Positions 19,328 to 28,527 of a DNA stretch of 32,000 nt are shown piece after piece. This DNA is from Deinococcus radiodurans R1 = ATCC 13939 = DSM 20539 (GTDB taxonomy: Bacteria > Deinococcota > Deinococci > Deinococcales > Deinococcaceae). The translations under genes were made by a program, and so were the position numbers. The stretch spans positions 311,865 through 343,864 of the forward strand of contig NC_001263.1 of NCBI RefSeq assembly GCF_000008565.1, written 5' to 3'. The number at the start of each line of letters is the position of its first letter. Position 1 is the stretch's first letter. The notes beneath the pieces are model-generated. The model saw nothing but the letters and a program-made list of their open reading frames with translations, made no database searches and was not told the origin of the DNA.

Positions 19328-20671
19328 ATGATTTCGCTCGCCAGCCCCGAGGAGTGGCGCAAGCTGCTCGGAGAGCGCGAGCCGACGCCCGTGCAGGCGA
19401 AGGCCATTCCCGAACTGCTCGCCGGGCGCGACGTGATCGCCACCGCCCGCACCGGCAGCGGCAAGACCCTCGCCTTCCTGATTCCGGCGGCGGCGCGCGG
19501 CATCGGCGTGACCGGCAAGACGCGCGGCATGGCCCCCGAAGTCCTGATCGTCTCGCCCACCCGCGAACTCGCGGTGCAGATTCGGGACGTGGCCCGCGAA
19601 CTCGGCATGACGGCGGGGCGCATTACCGGGGGCATCACGCCCGCCGCGACCACCCGCGAAGCGAGCAACAAGGGCGTGGTCAGCGGCACGCCGGGCCGCC
19701 TCAAGGACCTCATCGGCAAGGGTGAACTCAGCCTCGCGCACGTCAGGTACGTGGTGCTCGACGAGGCCGACGAACTGCTCTCGCTCGGCTTCCTCAAGGA
19801 CGTGGAGTGGATCGTGAACCAGGCCCGCGCGCAGGCCCGGGGCGGCGAGATTCAGGTGGCGCTCGCCTCGGCCACCTTCCCCGAGGAAGTACGCGGCGTA
19901 GCGGCGCGGGTGCTCAGAAATCCTGTTCGCATCGATATCGAGCCGCCCCGCACCGCCGAGGCCGCTCCTCTGAAGGCCGGGGAAGTCGTGGCCGCGGGCG
20001 AAGGCCGCGCCGAGCACGTCGCCCGCGACACCACCCGCGACGAGGTACTCGAGCACGCCGCCGCCGAAATCCGCGAGGCGCTGCGCGAGCCGGGCGGCTG
20101 CGTGGTGGTCTTTTGCCGCACCAAGGCGCTCACCAAGCGCCGCGCCGAGAAGCTCGGGCAGCTCTTGCCGCATGAGGAAGTCGTGCCGCTCGAGGGCAAC
20201 ATGGACCAGCGCAAGCGCGAGCGCGTGATGGACAAGCTGCGTGACGGCACCGCCCGTGTGCTCGTCGCCACCGACATCGCCGGGCGCGGCATCGACCTGC
20301 CTGAAGTGCGCCTCGTCATCCACGCCGATGTCGCCACCACTTCCGAAGACCACGTTCACCGTTCGGGCCGCACCGCCCGCGCGGGCCGGGGCGGGCGCAA
20401 CCTCGTATTCATCATCCCCGAGCAGCGCCAGCGCTGGGCGCAGGTTCGCCGGGGCCTGCCCGCGCACCTGCACCCCCCCAAGACCGCGCAGGAACACCTG
20501 ATCGACAAGGACATTCAGGAAAAACAGGGCCGGGGCAGCGGCAACGGCGTGGACCCGGTGCGCTCCGGTTCCGGGCGCTCAGGCGGTGGCCGCGATGGAG
20601 GTCAGCGCGGCGGCTCCGGGCAGCGTTCGCAGGGCCAGGGGCGGGGTGGGCCTCGCGGCGGACGTCGCTAA
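19328..20671 (+). CDS. DEAD-box ATP-dependent RNA helicase with RGG-rich C-terminal tail (conservative start; see finding)
   Basis: Q motif PTPVQAKAIP, motif I ARTGSGKT, PTRELA, DEAD (VLDEADELL), SAT, ATDIAGRGID, HRSGRTARAG. Tail GGGRDGGQRGGSGQRSQGQGRGGPRGGRR. Confidence 0.9.
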   Translation: MISLASPEEWRKLLGEREPTPVQAKAIPELLAGRDVIATARTGSGKTLAFLIPAAARGIGVTGKTRGMAPEVLIVSPTRELAVQIRDVARELGMTAGRITGGITPAATTREASNKGVVSGTPGRLKDLIGKGELSLAHVRYVVLDEADELLSLGFLKDVEWIVNQARAQARGGEIQVALASATFPEEVRGVAARVLRNPVRIDIEPPRTAEAAPLKAGEVVAAGEGRAEHVARDTTRDEVLEHAAAEIREALREPGGCVVVFCRTKALTKRRAEKLGQLLPHEEVVPLEGNMDQRKRERVMDKLRDGTARVLVATDIAGRGIDLPEVRLVIHADVATTSEDHVHRSGRTARAGRGGRNLVFIIPEQRQRWAQVRRGLPAHLHPPKTAQEHLIDKDIQEKQGRGSGNGVDPVRSGSGRSGGGRDGGQRGGSGQRSQGQGRGGPRGGRR

Positions 20672-20680
20672 ACGTCAAAT

Positions 20681-20725
20681 AAAAAAAGGAGCCCAGGCGA
20701 CAGCAATTGCCTGGGCTTCCTTCTT
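20681..20725. terminator. Bidirectional intrinsic terminator
   Basis: 8-bp stem gcccaggc (20691-20698) / gcctgggc (20709-20716), preceded by an A7 run and followed by ttccttctt. Confidence 0.75.
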
Positions 20726-20813
20726 GCTTGTGTCTTTCCGCTCATACGGCTTTAAGGAGATGGACGGGCATCCGGCGCCTTTCCGGATGTTCGGGAATCG
20801 GATTAAAACCTTA

Positions 20814-22382
20814 TCAGTTCACGCCCCGCGCCTTCCCCTGCCACAGCTCGGCGCGCAGGATGAACTTCTGGAACTTGCCGCTCGCCGTCTTGGGCAAATC
20901 GTCGCGGAATTCGTAGTGCTTGGGGACTTTGAAGCCCGCCAGATGCTCGCGCACATGCGCCGTGAGGTCTTCGGGGGTGACTTCCTGGCCCTGGTGCAGG
21001 GCGATGAAGGCGCAGGGCACCTCGCCCCATTTCTCGTGGGGCATGGCGACCACCACGGCTTCGCGCACGGCGGGGTGGGCGTAGAGCACCCCTTCGACCT
21101 CCACGCTGCTGATGTTCTCGCCGCCCGAGATGATCACGTCCTTGTTGCGGTCGCGGATTTCGATGCGCCCGTCGGGGTGCACCACCGCCACGTCGCCGGT
21201 GTGGAACCAGCCGCCCTCCAGGGCTTTGGCGGTGGCCTCCTCGTTGCGGTAATAGCCTTTCATCACGAGGTTGCCGCGCACCATGATTTCGCCCAGCGTT
21301 TCGCCGTCGCCGGGCACGGGCCGCAGCTCGGGGTCCAGCACCTCCACCTCGCCCGCCAGAATCATTTCCACGCCCTGCTTGGCGATGAGGGCGGCGCGGC
21401 GCGGGGTGGGTAACTCCTCCTGCTGCGCCGAGAGTTCGGCCACCGTAATCAGCGGGCTGGTTTCGGTCAGGCCGTACACCTGAGTGACGTGAAACCCGAG
21501 CGCGTTCATGTCGGCGATGATGCGGGCGTGGGGCGGGCTGCCCGCCGTCGCCACCCGAATCTGGCGGCTGAGCGGGCGGGCGTGCGCCGGGTCGGTCAGC
21601 ATGGACAGCACGGTGGGCGCGGCGCAGAGGTGGGTCACGCCGTGCTGCTCAATCGCGTCGTAGGCGGCGTCGGCGCGGACGGTGGGCAGGGTCACATGGG
21701 TCGCCCCCACGCCGAAGGGGCTCCACACGCCGCCCCAGCCGTTGGCGTGGAAATCGGGCAGAGTGTGCAGGTAAACAGTGTCCTGGTCGGCCTTGAAGTA
21801 ATAGATCGTCTCGATGGCGTTGAGCATGGTCGAGCGGTGCGTCATCATCACGCCCTTGGGGTCGGAGGTCGTGCCGGAGGTGAAGTTGAGGGTGATGGTG
21901 CCGTTCTCGTCTTGCACCGGCAGCGGCAGCGGCGAGTCGTCCTGCGCAGCGAGCTTCGCCTCGAAGGCTGTTCCGGCGCCCCGCGCGTCGCCCATCACCC
22001 AGACTTCGATGCCGAGCCCGGCGGCCACCTCGCGCACCCGGTCGTGCAGCGACTCGTCCACCAGCAGCAGCCGCACCTCGGCGTGCCGCAGCTGAAACTC
22101 GTATTCCTCGGGGGTCAGGCGAGTGTTGAGCGGCACCAGCACGCTGCCCGCCCAGGGCACCCCCGCGTAGGTCAGCAGCCCGCCGTGCGTGTTGGGCGAA
22201 AGCACCGCCACATGCTGCCCGCCGTAGCCTGCCGCCTGGATCGCGCGGGCAAGCTGATAAATGCGCCGGCCCCACTCGCGGTAAGTGAACCGGGGCCCGC
22301 CGGGTTCAATCACGGCGGTGTGGTCGGGATAGAGCTTGAGGCCCCGGCGGACCAGGGTCAGGGGTGTCAGGGGCGTGTTCAT
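20814..22382 (-). CDS. Acyl-CoA synthetase / AMP-dependent ligase (ANL superfamily)
   Basis: AMP-binding motif LNFTSGTTSDPKGVMMTH; YGLTETS; GWFHTGD; C-terminal PKTASGKFQK. GGAGG 7 nt upstream of ATG 22382. Confidence 0.9.
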   Translation of the reverse strand: MNTPLTPLTLVRRGLKLYPDHTAVIEPGGPRFTYREWGRRIYQLARAIQAAGYGGQHVAVLSPNTHGGLLTYAGVPWAGSVLVPLNTRLTPEEYEFQLRHAEVRLLLVDESLHDRVREVAAGLGIEVWVMGDARGAGTAFEAKLAAQDDSPLPLPVQDENGTITLNFTSGTTSDPKGVMMTHRSTMLNAIETIYYFKADQDTVYLHTLPDFHANGWGGVWSPFGVGATHVTLPTVRADAAYDAIEQHGVTHLCAAPTVLSMLTDPAHARPLSRQIRVATAGSPPHARIIADMNALGFHVTQVYGLTETSPLITVAELSAQQEELPTPRRAALIAKQGVEMILAGEVEVLDPELRPVPGDGETLGEIMVRGNLVMKGYYRNEEATAKALEGGWFHTGDVAVVHPDGRIEIRDRNKDVIISGGENISSVEVEGVLYAHPAVREAVVVAMPHEKWGEVPCAFIALHQGQEVTPEDLTAHVREHLAGFKVPKHYEFRDDLPKTASGKFQKFILRAELWQGKARGVN

Positions 22383-22523
22383 GGGCAAACCTCCAGCACA
22401 GGGGTGTCAGGTTGTGAGATGTCCCTAATCTACGCCCTGCTTAGCGCCCGGCGCCTCAGAGGTTTAGCCCGCGCGGTGGCTGAGGTTCCTGGGCAGCAGT
22501 TGCAGGCAGCGAGCTGCGGAGGT

Positions 22524-24320
22524 TCAGTCGGCGCCCACCCGTACCGCGAAGACCTGCTCCTGGCGCAGCAATTCGCGGCTCTGGTCGTCCCAGACGAGCA
22601 CGCGCAGGGTGTGTTTGCCGGCTGGGAGTGGCGGCACGCGGAAGCGATGGGGGAGGGTCTGCTCGACCGGCACGTTCTCGCCGTCCACCGTGAGTTTGAC
22701 GCCTCCCACAGGCCGCGCCGTGACCAGCCACAGCGCCCCGCTCAGCGTCCGGTCCGCGTCCGGCGTGCCCCAGGGCCGGGCGGTGGGCACCTCGCAGGTC
22801 GGGCAGGTGGCGATTTTCCAGCTCTGGAAAAAGGCGGGCATTTCGCGCACCTGCTCGAAAGTCCGCCACTTCGCGTCGCTGGCAAAGAGGCGGTAGTCGT
22901 TGCGCCGCGTGGCCGCCTTGCCGTTGTCGTCGCCCCCGTGCATGTCCACGTCCAGCCAGTTGATGTTTTTCAGCCGGGGGTACTTGAGCCACGCGCCCCA
23001 GTACACTTCGCGCACCTGCTGGGCGGCGAAGGCGCTGAAATCGCGCTCCGGCGCGGCCCCGCTGCGGTTGGATGCGGCGTACTCCGAAAGTTGGATGGGA
23101 TGGCGCGGCGCGTACTGGCGGTAAAAGCCGTCCAGCACGTCGAGCGGGTGCGCGGTCAGGCGCGGTTTATTAACGTCGCCATTCTCGAACGGCACGCTGT
23201 AGAGGCTCAGCCCCGCCCAGTCCACCGCCGCCGGGCCGGGGTAGTACCCGGCGATCTGGGCGAGGTCGCCGGGCATCGGCATCCACACCAACGCGGTGTT
23301 CGGCGCCTCGGTGTGCAGAATCCGCGCCACCCGCGCGAAGGTGCGGCGGTAAAGCGCCGGGTCGCGGCCCCACTCGTTGTGCGGGTCGTTCATCTCGGAG
23401 CCGAAGCGCACGAAGATCGGCAGGCCCGCCGCCTTCGCCTGCCGCGCAAAAGCGTGAATCACGTCGTCGGAAAGCTGCGCGAGCGGCATGCCCGGTTCCA
23501 GCGCGAGGTGCAGCGCCATGCCGTTTGCCCGCACCGCCTGCGCGAAGCGGCCCGGAAAAATGACAGCGGGGTCGTCCGAGCGGCTGAATTTCCAGTAGCG
23601 AAAGGCCACCGCGAAGGGCCGCAGCTTCGGCGCCATTCGGGGTGGCTGGCCCCACGCACCCTGCACGCCGTCCGCCCCGGCGTAGATGCCGAGCAGCACG
23701 CCGCGCGGCGGTTCCAGTCGGGCGAGGTGCGGCGGGGCGGCACCCACTTTGGGGACCACGCGCCGCACCTCCAGCCTCTGCCGAAACGGCGCGGCGAGGT
23801 ACTCCAGGGCGCGGGCCGTCTCGTCGTCCCCGGAGGCGCGGTAGCGGGCCGCCGCCTGCCCGTAGGCGCGGGTGGCCGCCGCGTAGTCGCCGAGCTTGAC
23901 CTGCTCGTTGGCGAGCGCCCGCCAGTTTGCCGCCGAGGGATTGAGCGCCGCCGCCTGCGCGAAAGCCCGCGCCGCCTTATGCGGGTCGCCTGCCTCTCGC
24001 GCCCGCACGCCGAGGTCGTACCAGCCGTCGGCAGAACGCGGCAGCGGCGGGGTGAAGGTGACGGCGGCGGCCCGTATCTCGCCACTCGGCGGGGGCACCC
24101 GGAGCGCGGTGTTGGGGATGGGGCCGGGCCGCTTGTTCGCCGGGGGAGGAGCCGGCGGCTGGGCAGCGGCGGGCGGCGGGCCTTCACCTGTACGGGCCGC
24201 AGGCTGACCGGCAGACGGCGGCCGGGGCAAGGTCAGGTCGCCGCTCTGACTCGCCCGCCACAACCACACCCCGGCGCCGAGCAGCAGGCCAAGCAGGGCG
24301 AGGCGCCAAAAAACCCTCAC
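22524..24320 (-). CDS. Membrane-anchored protein: Pro-rich linker, TPR-like segment, GH26/clan GH-A-like glycoside hydrolase domain, C-terminal beta-sandwich-like domain
   Basis: GTG start. TM anchor MRVFWRLALLGLLLGAGVWLW. FVRFGSEMNDPHNEWG and IQLSEYAA resemble the two catalytic-Glu strands of GH26 mannanase-like enzymes. Family assignment is tentative. Confidence 0.6.
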   Translation of the reverse strand: MRVFWRLALLGLLLGAGVWLWRASQSGDLTLPRPPSAGQPAARTGEGPPPAAAQPPAPPPANKRPGPIPNTALRVPPPSGEIRAAAVTFTPPLPRSADGWYDLGVRAREAGDPHKAARAFAQAAALNPSAANWRALANEQVKLGDYAAATRAYGQAAARYRASGDDETARALEYLAAPFRQRLEVRRVVPKVGAAPPHLARLEPPRGVLLGIYAGADGVQGAWGQPPRMAPKLRPFAVAFRYWKFSRSDDPAVIFPGRFAQAVRANGMALHLALEPGMPLAQLSDDVIHAFARQAKAAGLPIFVRFGSEMNDPHNEWGRDPALYRRTFARVARILHTEAPNTALVWMPMPGDLAQIAGYYPGPAAVDWAGLSLYSVPFENGDVNKPRLTAHPLDVLDGFYRQYAPRHPIQLSEYAASNRSGAAPERDFSAFAAQQVREVYWGAWLKYPRLKNINWLDVDMHGGDDNGKAATRRNDYRLFASDAKWRTFEQVREMPAFFQSWKIATCPTCEVPTARPWGTPDADRTLSGALWLVTARPVGGVKLTVDGENVPVEQTLPHRFRVPPLPAGKHTLRVLVWDDQSRELLRQEQVFAVRVGAD

Positions 24321-24389
24321 GCGCCGGGGTCCACGGAGGGTGAGGGCAGGCAGCTACCGCTGCGAGCAGCTCAGGCTGGCAGTTCTGGC

Positions 24390-24671
24390 TCAGAACCAGC
24401 CCTTCTTCTTAGGCGCCTTGCCGAAGCGCTTTTGCGCCTGCCCCAGCACGAAGTCGAAGGCCTGGCCGCGCTTGCTCGGCTTGTAATACTTGCCGCGCCT
24501 CGCTTTTTGCTGGCCGCGCAGGTAGGCGGCGAGTTCAACCGCAATCGGCACGTAGGCGAGCACCTTGGTCAGGGTCAGGCCCCCACGCTTGGGCGCGGCG
24601 CGAGATGGACGTGTGCCCCCACGGGCATTGAGGGTGCCTTTGACAGGACGGGCAGAACGGGTCGGTTTCAC
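24390..24671 (-). CDS. Small, very basic hypothetical protein (about 93 aa, start uncertain)
   Basis: High GC3 frame ending ...KYYKPSKRGQAFDFVLGQAQKRFGKAPKKKGWF, with one amphipathic/hydrophobic helix LTKVLAYVPIAVELAAYL. GTG 24671 chosen. Confidence 0.4.
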   Translation of the reverse strand: MKPTRSARPVKGTLNARGGTRPSRAAPKRGGLTLTKVLAYVPIAVELAAYLRGQQKARRGKYYKPSKRGQAFDFVLGQAQKRFGKAPKKKGWF

Positions 24672-24766
24672 GCTTCCTATTACGCGGCAGGTCCCCGAAA
24701 AGTTGCTGAGCGGCGGGTGCAAACAGGTTGGGAATTGGCGGGGGCGGCCTCTGCTAGCCTGGGGGC

Positions 24767-25945
24767 ATGACCGCAACCGAAGACCGCGTGTCGGCCCTGC
24801 GCCCCCAGCTCGAGGCGTGGCGGCGGCACCTGCATATGCACCCCGAACTCAGCTTTCAGGAGTTCGAGACGGCCAGGTACATCGTCGGTGAACTGAACAA
24901 GCTGCCCGGCCTCGAAGTCTCGCAGCTCACGCCCACCAGCGTGCTGGCGGTGCTCAGGGGCGGCCAACCTGGCCGGACGGTGCTGCTGCGGGCCGACATC
25001 GACGCGCTGCCCATTCAGGAAGAAAACAGCTTCGAGTTCGTCTCGCAGAACCCCGGCGTCATGCACGCCTGCGGCCACGACGGCCACACCGCGATTTTGC
25101 TCGGCACCGCCCAGCTGCTCGCCGAGGACGCCGCAAACGTGCCCGGCGAAATCCGCATGATTTTCCAGCACGCCGAGGAAAACGGTCCCGGCGGCGCCGA
25201 AGAACTCGTCATGAACACGCCGCTGATGGACGGCGTGGACGTGGTGACGGGCCTGCACCTCGACAGCCAGCTTCCCGCCGGACAGGTGGTCGTCAAGGCC
25301 GGCGCCTTCATGGCCGCGCCCGACATGATCGAGCTCACCATTCGCGGCAAGGGCGGGCACGGCGCGCACCCCGACGAGACGGTGGACCCTATCGCCATTG
25401 GGGCGCAGGTGGTCACCAACCTGCAACACGTCGTCAGCCGCAACGTGAGCGCCCAGGACGCGCTGGTGGTCAGCATCACCTACTTCCAGAGCGGCTCCAC
25501 CCACAACGTGATTCCCGACACCGCCCGGCTGATGGGCACCGTCCGCACCTTCGACCCCGACCTGCGCCGGAAAGCGCCGCAACTGATCGAGCGCGTCATC
25601 AAGGGCGTGTGCGAGGCGCACGGCGCGACCTACGACCTGAAGTACGAACTCGGCTACCGCCCCGTCATCAACACCGAGTGGGTGGCCGAGGAACTGCGGC
25701 AGATTGCCCTGAACACCGTCGGCGCCGAGCACTTTGCCGAGGCGAAGGCCACGATGGGCGGCGAGGATTTCAGCGCCTACCTCGAAAAAGCCCCCGGCGC
25801 CTACTTCAACGTCGGCTCCGGCAGCGACGAGCACGACAGCCGCTGGCCGCATCACCATCCGCGCTTTACCATCGACGAACTCAGCCTCGAAACCGGCGTG
25901 AAGATGATGCACGCGGCGGCGCTAAAGCTGGCCCAACCGCAGTAA
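24767..25945 (+). CDS. M20-family amidohydrolase (N-acyl-L-amino acid amidohydrolase / hippurate hydrolase type)
   Basis: RADIDALPIQE, MHACGHDGHTA, FQHAEE, GGEDFS motifs. TAGCCT 6 nt upstream of the ATG. Confidence 0.9.
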   Translation: MTATEDRVSALRPQLEAWRRHLHMHPELSFQEFETARYIVGELNKLPGLEVSQLTPTSVLAVLRGGQPGRTVLLRADIDALPIQEENSFEFVSQNPGVMHACGHDGHTAILLGTAQLLAEDAANVPGEIRMIFQHAEENGPGGAEELVMNTPLMDGVDVVTGLHLDSQLPAGQVVVKAGAFMAAPDMIELTIRGKGGHGAHPDETVDPIAIGAQVVTNLQHVVSRNVSAQDALVVSITYFQSGSTHNVIPDTARLMGTVRTFDPDLRRKAPQLIERVIKGVCEAHGATYDLKYELGYRPVINTEWVAEELRQIALNTVGAEHFAEAKATMGGEDFSAYLEKAPGAYFNVGSGSDEHDSRWPHHHPRFTIDELSLETGVKMMHAAALKLAQPQ

Positions 25946-25964
25946 GGCCGAGTCTGGCTCTCTG

Positions 25965-26004
25965 GCGCCCTGCCCCCGGTGATGCGGGAAAGCAGGGCGC
26001 TTTG
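25965..26004 (+). terminator. Intrinsic terminator after the amidohydrolase gene
   Basis: 9-bp stem gcgccctgc (25965-25973) / gcagggcgc (25992-26000), then tttg. Confidence 0.6.
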
Positions 26005-26069
26005 CCGTGTCACAGAGCAGATGGCGAAAAACACGCTATCTCTATGACAAATGCTCTAGCGTATCGTCC

Positions 26070-27257
26070 ATGCCTGACCCGCTCCCCGATTACGACTGGC
26101 TCTACGCCCAGACCCGCGCCGGGCGGGAGCGGGGGCCCGGGCCGGCGCGGGCGCTGCTGGACCGCCTCGGCGCCCCGGACCGGAAGTTTCAGACCATCCG
26201 CGTCGTCGGCACCAACGGCAAGGGCAGCACCTGCGCCATGCTCGAAGCCGGGCTGCTGGCGGCGGGGGTGCGGGCCGGGCGCTTCACCAGCCCGCACCTG
26301 CACGCCTACGAGGAACGCATTCGGGTGGGCGGTGAAAATCTCGACCCGGCGCGAACGGCACAGTTCATCGACTGGGCCAAGCAGAACGCGCCCGGCGAGG
26401 CCTTTTTCGACCTGACGCTGGCCCTCGCCTGTCAGGCTTTTGCCGAAGCCGGGGTGGACTGGGCCGTGATGGAAGCGGGCGTCGGCGGCGTGAGCGACGC
26501 GACCCAAGCACTCGGCAACGTGCGGGCGGTGGCGCTGACCAATGCCGACCTCGACCACACGGCGACGCTCGGCCCGACCATCCGCGACATTGCCAGCGAT
26601 AAGGCGGGAGTGGCGCAGGCCGGGGTGCCCCTGCTCACCACCGCGACGGGCGAGGCGCTGGATGTGGTGCGCGAGGTGGCCGCAGAACTCGGCGCCCCGC
26701 TCTTCACTCCGCAGACGCACCCCGACCTCTTCGCCGTGCCCCACGCCCCGAGCCTGAGCGGGCCGCATCAGCGCACCAACGCCGCGCTTGCCCTCGCCAC
26801 CTTGCGGGTGCTGGGCTTTGAACGTGGCGCCGAGGCGGCTCTCAATGCTTCCCACCCCGGACGCCTGGAACGCTTCACCGTCGCGGGCAAAACCGTGCTG
26901 GTGGACGGCGCCCACAACCCACACGCGGCCCGTGCGCTGGCGGCGGCGGTGCCGCAGGCCGACGTGTTGCTCTTCGGCGGCCTCGCCCGCAAGGACACGG
27001 CGGCCACGCTGGCGCCGCTGCTCCCCATCGCCCCTGAGCGGGTCTTCACGGCTCCCAGCGACCTCGCCGCGCCCCCGGCGGAACTCGCGGCGGAGTACGG
27101 CGGTGAGGCGCGGAGCAACCCTGCCGAGGCGCTGCGCCTTGCCCTGGCACTGACGCCAACGGGGGGAACCCTGCTGGTTGCCGGGAGCCTCTATCTGGCA
27201 GGCTTCATCCGGGAGGAACTCGCCGGGAGTCCATTGGCTGCCTCAGACATAAAGTAA
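26070..27257 (+). CDS. folC: Bifunctional folylpolyglutamate synthase / dihydrofolate synthase
   Basis: ...IRVVGTNGKGSTCAMLEA..., FTSPHL, Mur-ligase fold motifs. Start ATG 26070 (MPDPLPDYDW), TAGCGT 7 nt upstream. Confidence 0.9.
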   Translation: MPDPLPDYDWLYAQTRAGRERGPGPARALLDRLGAPDRKFQTIRVVGTNGKGSTCAMLEAGLLAAGVRAGRFTSPHLHAYEERIRVGGENLDPARTAQFIDWAKQNAPGEAFFDLTLALACQAFAEAGVDWAVMEAGVGGVSDATQALGNVRAVALTNADLDHTATLGPTIRDIASDKAGVAQAGVPLLTTATGEALDVVREVAAELGAPLFTPQTHPDLFAVPHAPSLSGPHQRTNAALALATLRVLGFERGAEAALNASHPGRLERFTVAGKTVLVDGAHNPHAARALAAAVPQADVLLFGGLARKDTAATLAPLLPIAPERVFTAPSDLAAPPAELAAEYGGEARSNPAEALRLALALTPTGGTLLVAGSLYLAGFIREELAGSPLAASDIK

Positions 27258-27335
27258 AAAGCTGTTAGTGAGCCGCCCTTTTCTGGCTGCTCCAGCTAGA
27301 CCGGAGACACTCCAAATCCCTCTCAATCAGGTGAC

Positions 27336-27377
27336 AAAACGAAAGCCGCCGGACTCCTGAGAATCCGGCGCTTTGTT

Positions 27378-27378
<1 letters not shown>
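27336..27378. terminator. Bidirectional intrinsic terminator (folC and tRNA-Leu)
   Basis: 7-bp stem cgccgga (27347-27353) / tccggcg (27364-27370), flanked by aaaacgaaa and ctttgttt. Confidence 0.7.
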
Positions 27379-27461
<83 letters not shown>

Positions 27462-27479
27462 CAGTGAGAGGCGAGAGAA

Positions 27480-27508
27480 ATATTAGGCGGCGCAGCCCAG
27501 ATTGTCAA
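27480..27508 (-). promoter_or_regulatory. Promoter of tRNA-Leu
   Basis: Minus strand: TTGACA (27508-27503), 17-nt spacer, TAATAT (27485-27480), about 20 nt upstream of the mature tRNA 5' end. Confidence 0.7.
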
Positions 27509-27519
27509 GCCGTGGCCCC

Positions 27520-27627
27520 TTGCCCCACTGACCTCCCACGAAGTATGCTGATGTTTGCCGCCGTTACGCGGTCGGGGGCCCTTCCCTGGCTGAGACGTGC
27601 GGGACTTCGTAACCAGGAGAAATACCA
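27520..27627 (+). promoter_or_regulatory. Candidate rpsO promoter and structured 5' leader
   Basis: TTGCCC (27520-27525), 18-nt spacer, TATGCT (27544-27549). Hairpin 27558-27561/27568-27571. 7-nt complementarity acgaagt (27538-27544) / acttcgt (27604-27610). SD aggaga 27614-27619. Confidence 0.4.
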
Positions 27628-27903
27628 ATGATCGACAAACAGCAAGTGATTAGCGACAACGCCGCCGGCGCCAACGACACCGGCAGCACCGCCGTCCAGG
27701 TGGCCCTGCTCACCGCCCGCATCAACAACCTCGCCGGGCACCTCCAGACCAACAAGAAGGACAAAGCCGGCCAACGCGGCCTCCAGCTGATGAACGGCCA
27801 GCGCCGCCGTCTGCTGAAGTACCTCGAGCGCACCGACTACGACGCCTACATCGCCCTGACCGACAAGCTCGGCATCCGCCGCGGCCAGCGCATCGTTCGC
27901 TGA
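27628..27903 (+). CDS. rpsO: 30S ribosomal protein S15
   Basis: ...[48 protein letters not shown]... S15 family; 91 aa. Confidence 0.96.
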   Translation: MIDKQQVISDNAAGANDTGSTAVQVALLTARINNLAGHLQTNKKDKAGQRGLQLMNGQRRRLLKYLERTDYDAYIALTDKLGIRRGQRIVR

Positions 27904-27920
27904 GTTCAGGCTCTCCAAAA

Positions 27921-27950
27921 AGTCCCCCGCCACTCGGACGGGGGATTTTT
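27921..27950. terminator. Bidirectional intrinsic terminator (rpsO and the convergent Rieske gene)
   Basis: 7-bp stem tcccccg (27923-27929) / cggggga (27939-27945), flanked by aaaaa (27917-27921) and ttttt (27946-27950). Confidence 0.8.
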
Positions 27951-27959
27951 CGTTGGCCT

Positions 27960-28523
27960 TTAGCTGTCTTTCCCTACTCGGGGGTCGGGTTCCAGACCAT
28001 GCGCGTAGAGCGTGTCGCCCTCGGCACGCAGTTGCACGCGGGCGAGGGGAAAGAGCGCCTTGCCGAACACGCTTTGCCCCTGTTGCTGCGGGTCGAACAC
28101 GCTGAAATGGCAGGGGCAGCCCAGCATGGGGTGGTCAGCGCGGTAGCTGTAGGTGAGGGCCAGCACCTCGGTGTCCTCCACCGGATTGACCTGACATCCC
28201 AGGTGGGTGCACAGCCGCGAGTAGGCCGCAAAATGCCGCCCCCCCACCGTCACGCTGGTCGGCGTGGGCGCAGGCAGTTCCATGACCAGGCAGGGCGTTT
28301 TGCGGTATAGGAACTCACGGAAGGAGTAGGGGCCTTTGAAGTCGCCCAGACGGGCGATGGCCTGCCGGGGGCCGGGCTGGTAGTTGGGCGGGCCAGGCGC
28401 GCTCTTGTCGTAGGTAACGCGCCGGGCATAGTTCGCCATGTAGCCGAACGCCCCCGCCGTGCCCACCACCGGCAGCACCCACCAGTAGCTCAGCAGGGTG
28501 CGCTTGGACTCGTCTACCGCCAC
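27960..28523 (-). CDS. Membrane-anchored Rieske [2Fe-2S] protein
   Basis: CTHLGC ... CPCHFSVF cluster-binding boxes. N-terminal TM LLSYWWVLPVVGTAGAFGY. GTG 28523 lies 4 nt after the upstream stop. Confidence 0.85.
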   Translation of the reverse strand: MAVDESKRTLLSYWWVLPVVGTAGAFGYMANYARRVTYDKSAPGPPNYQPGPRQAIARLGDFKGPYSFREFLYRKTPCLVMELPAPTPTSVTVGGRHFAAYSRLCTHLGCQVNPVEDTEVLALTYSYRADHPMLGCPCHFSVFDPQQQGQSVFGKALFPLARVQLRAEGDTLYAHGLEPDPRVGKDS

Positions 28524-28527
28524 GCCG

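Noticed and set aside
18851-20497. 548-aa minus-strand ORF
   Set aside because: Antisense shadow of the DEAD-box helicase.
21489-24770. 1093-aa plus-strand ORF
   Set aside because: Antisense to the acyl-CoA synthetase and the GH26-like genes. Low-complexity R/G/A-rich translation with no start signals.
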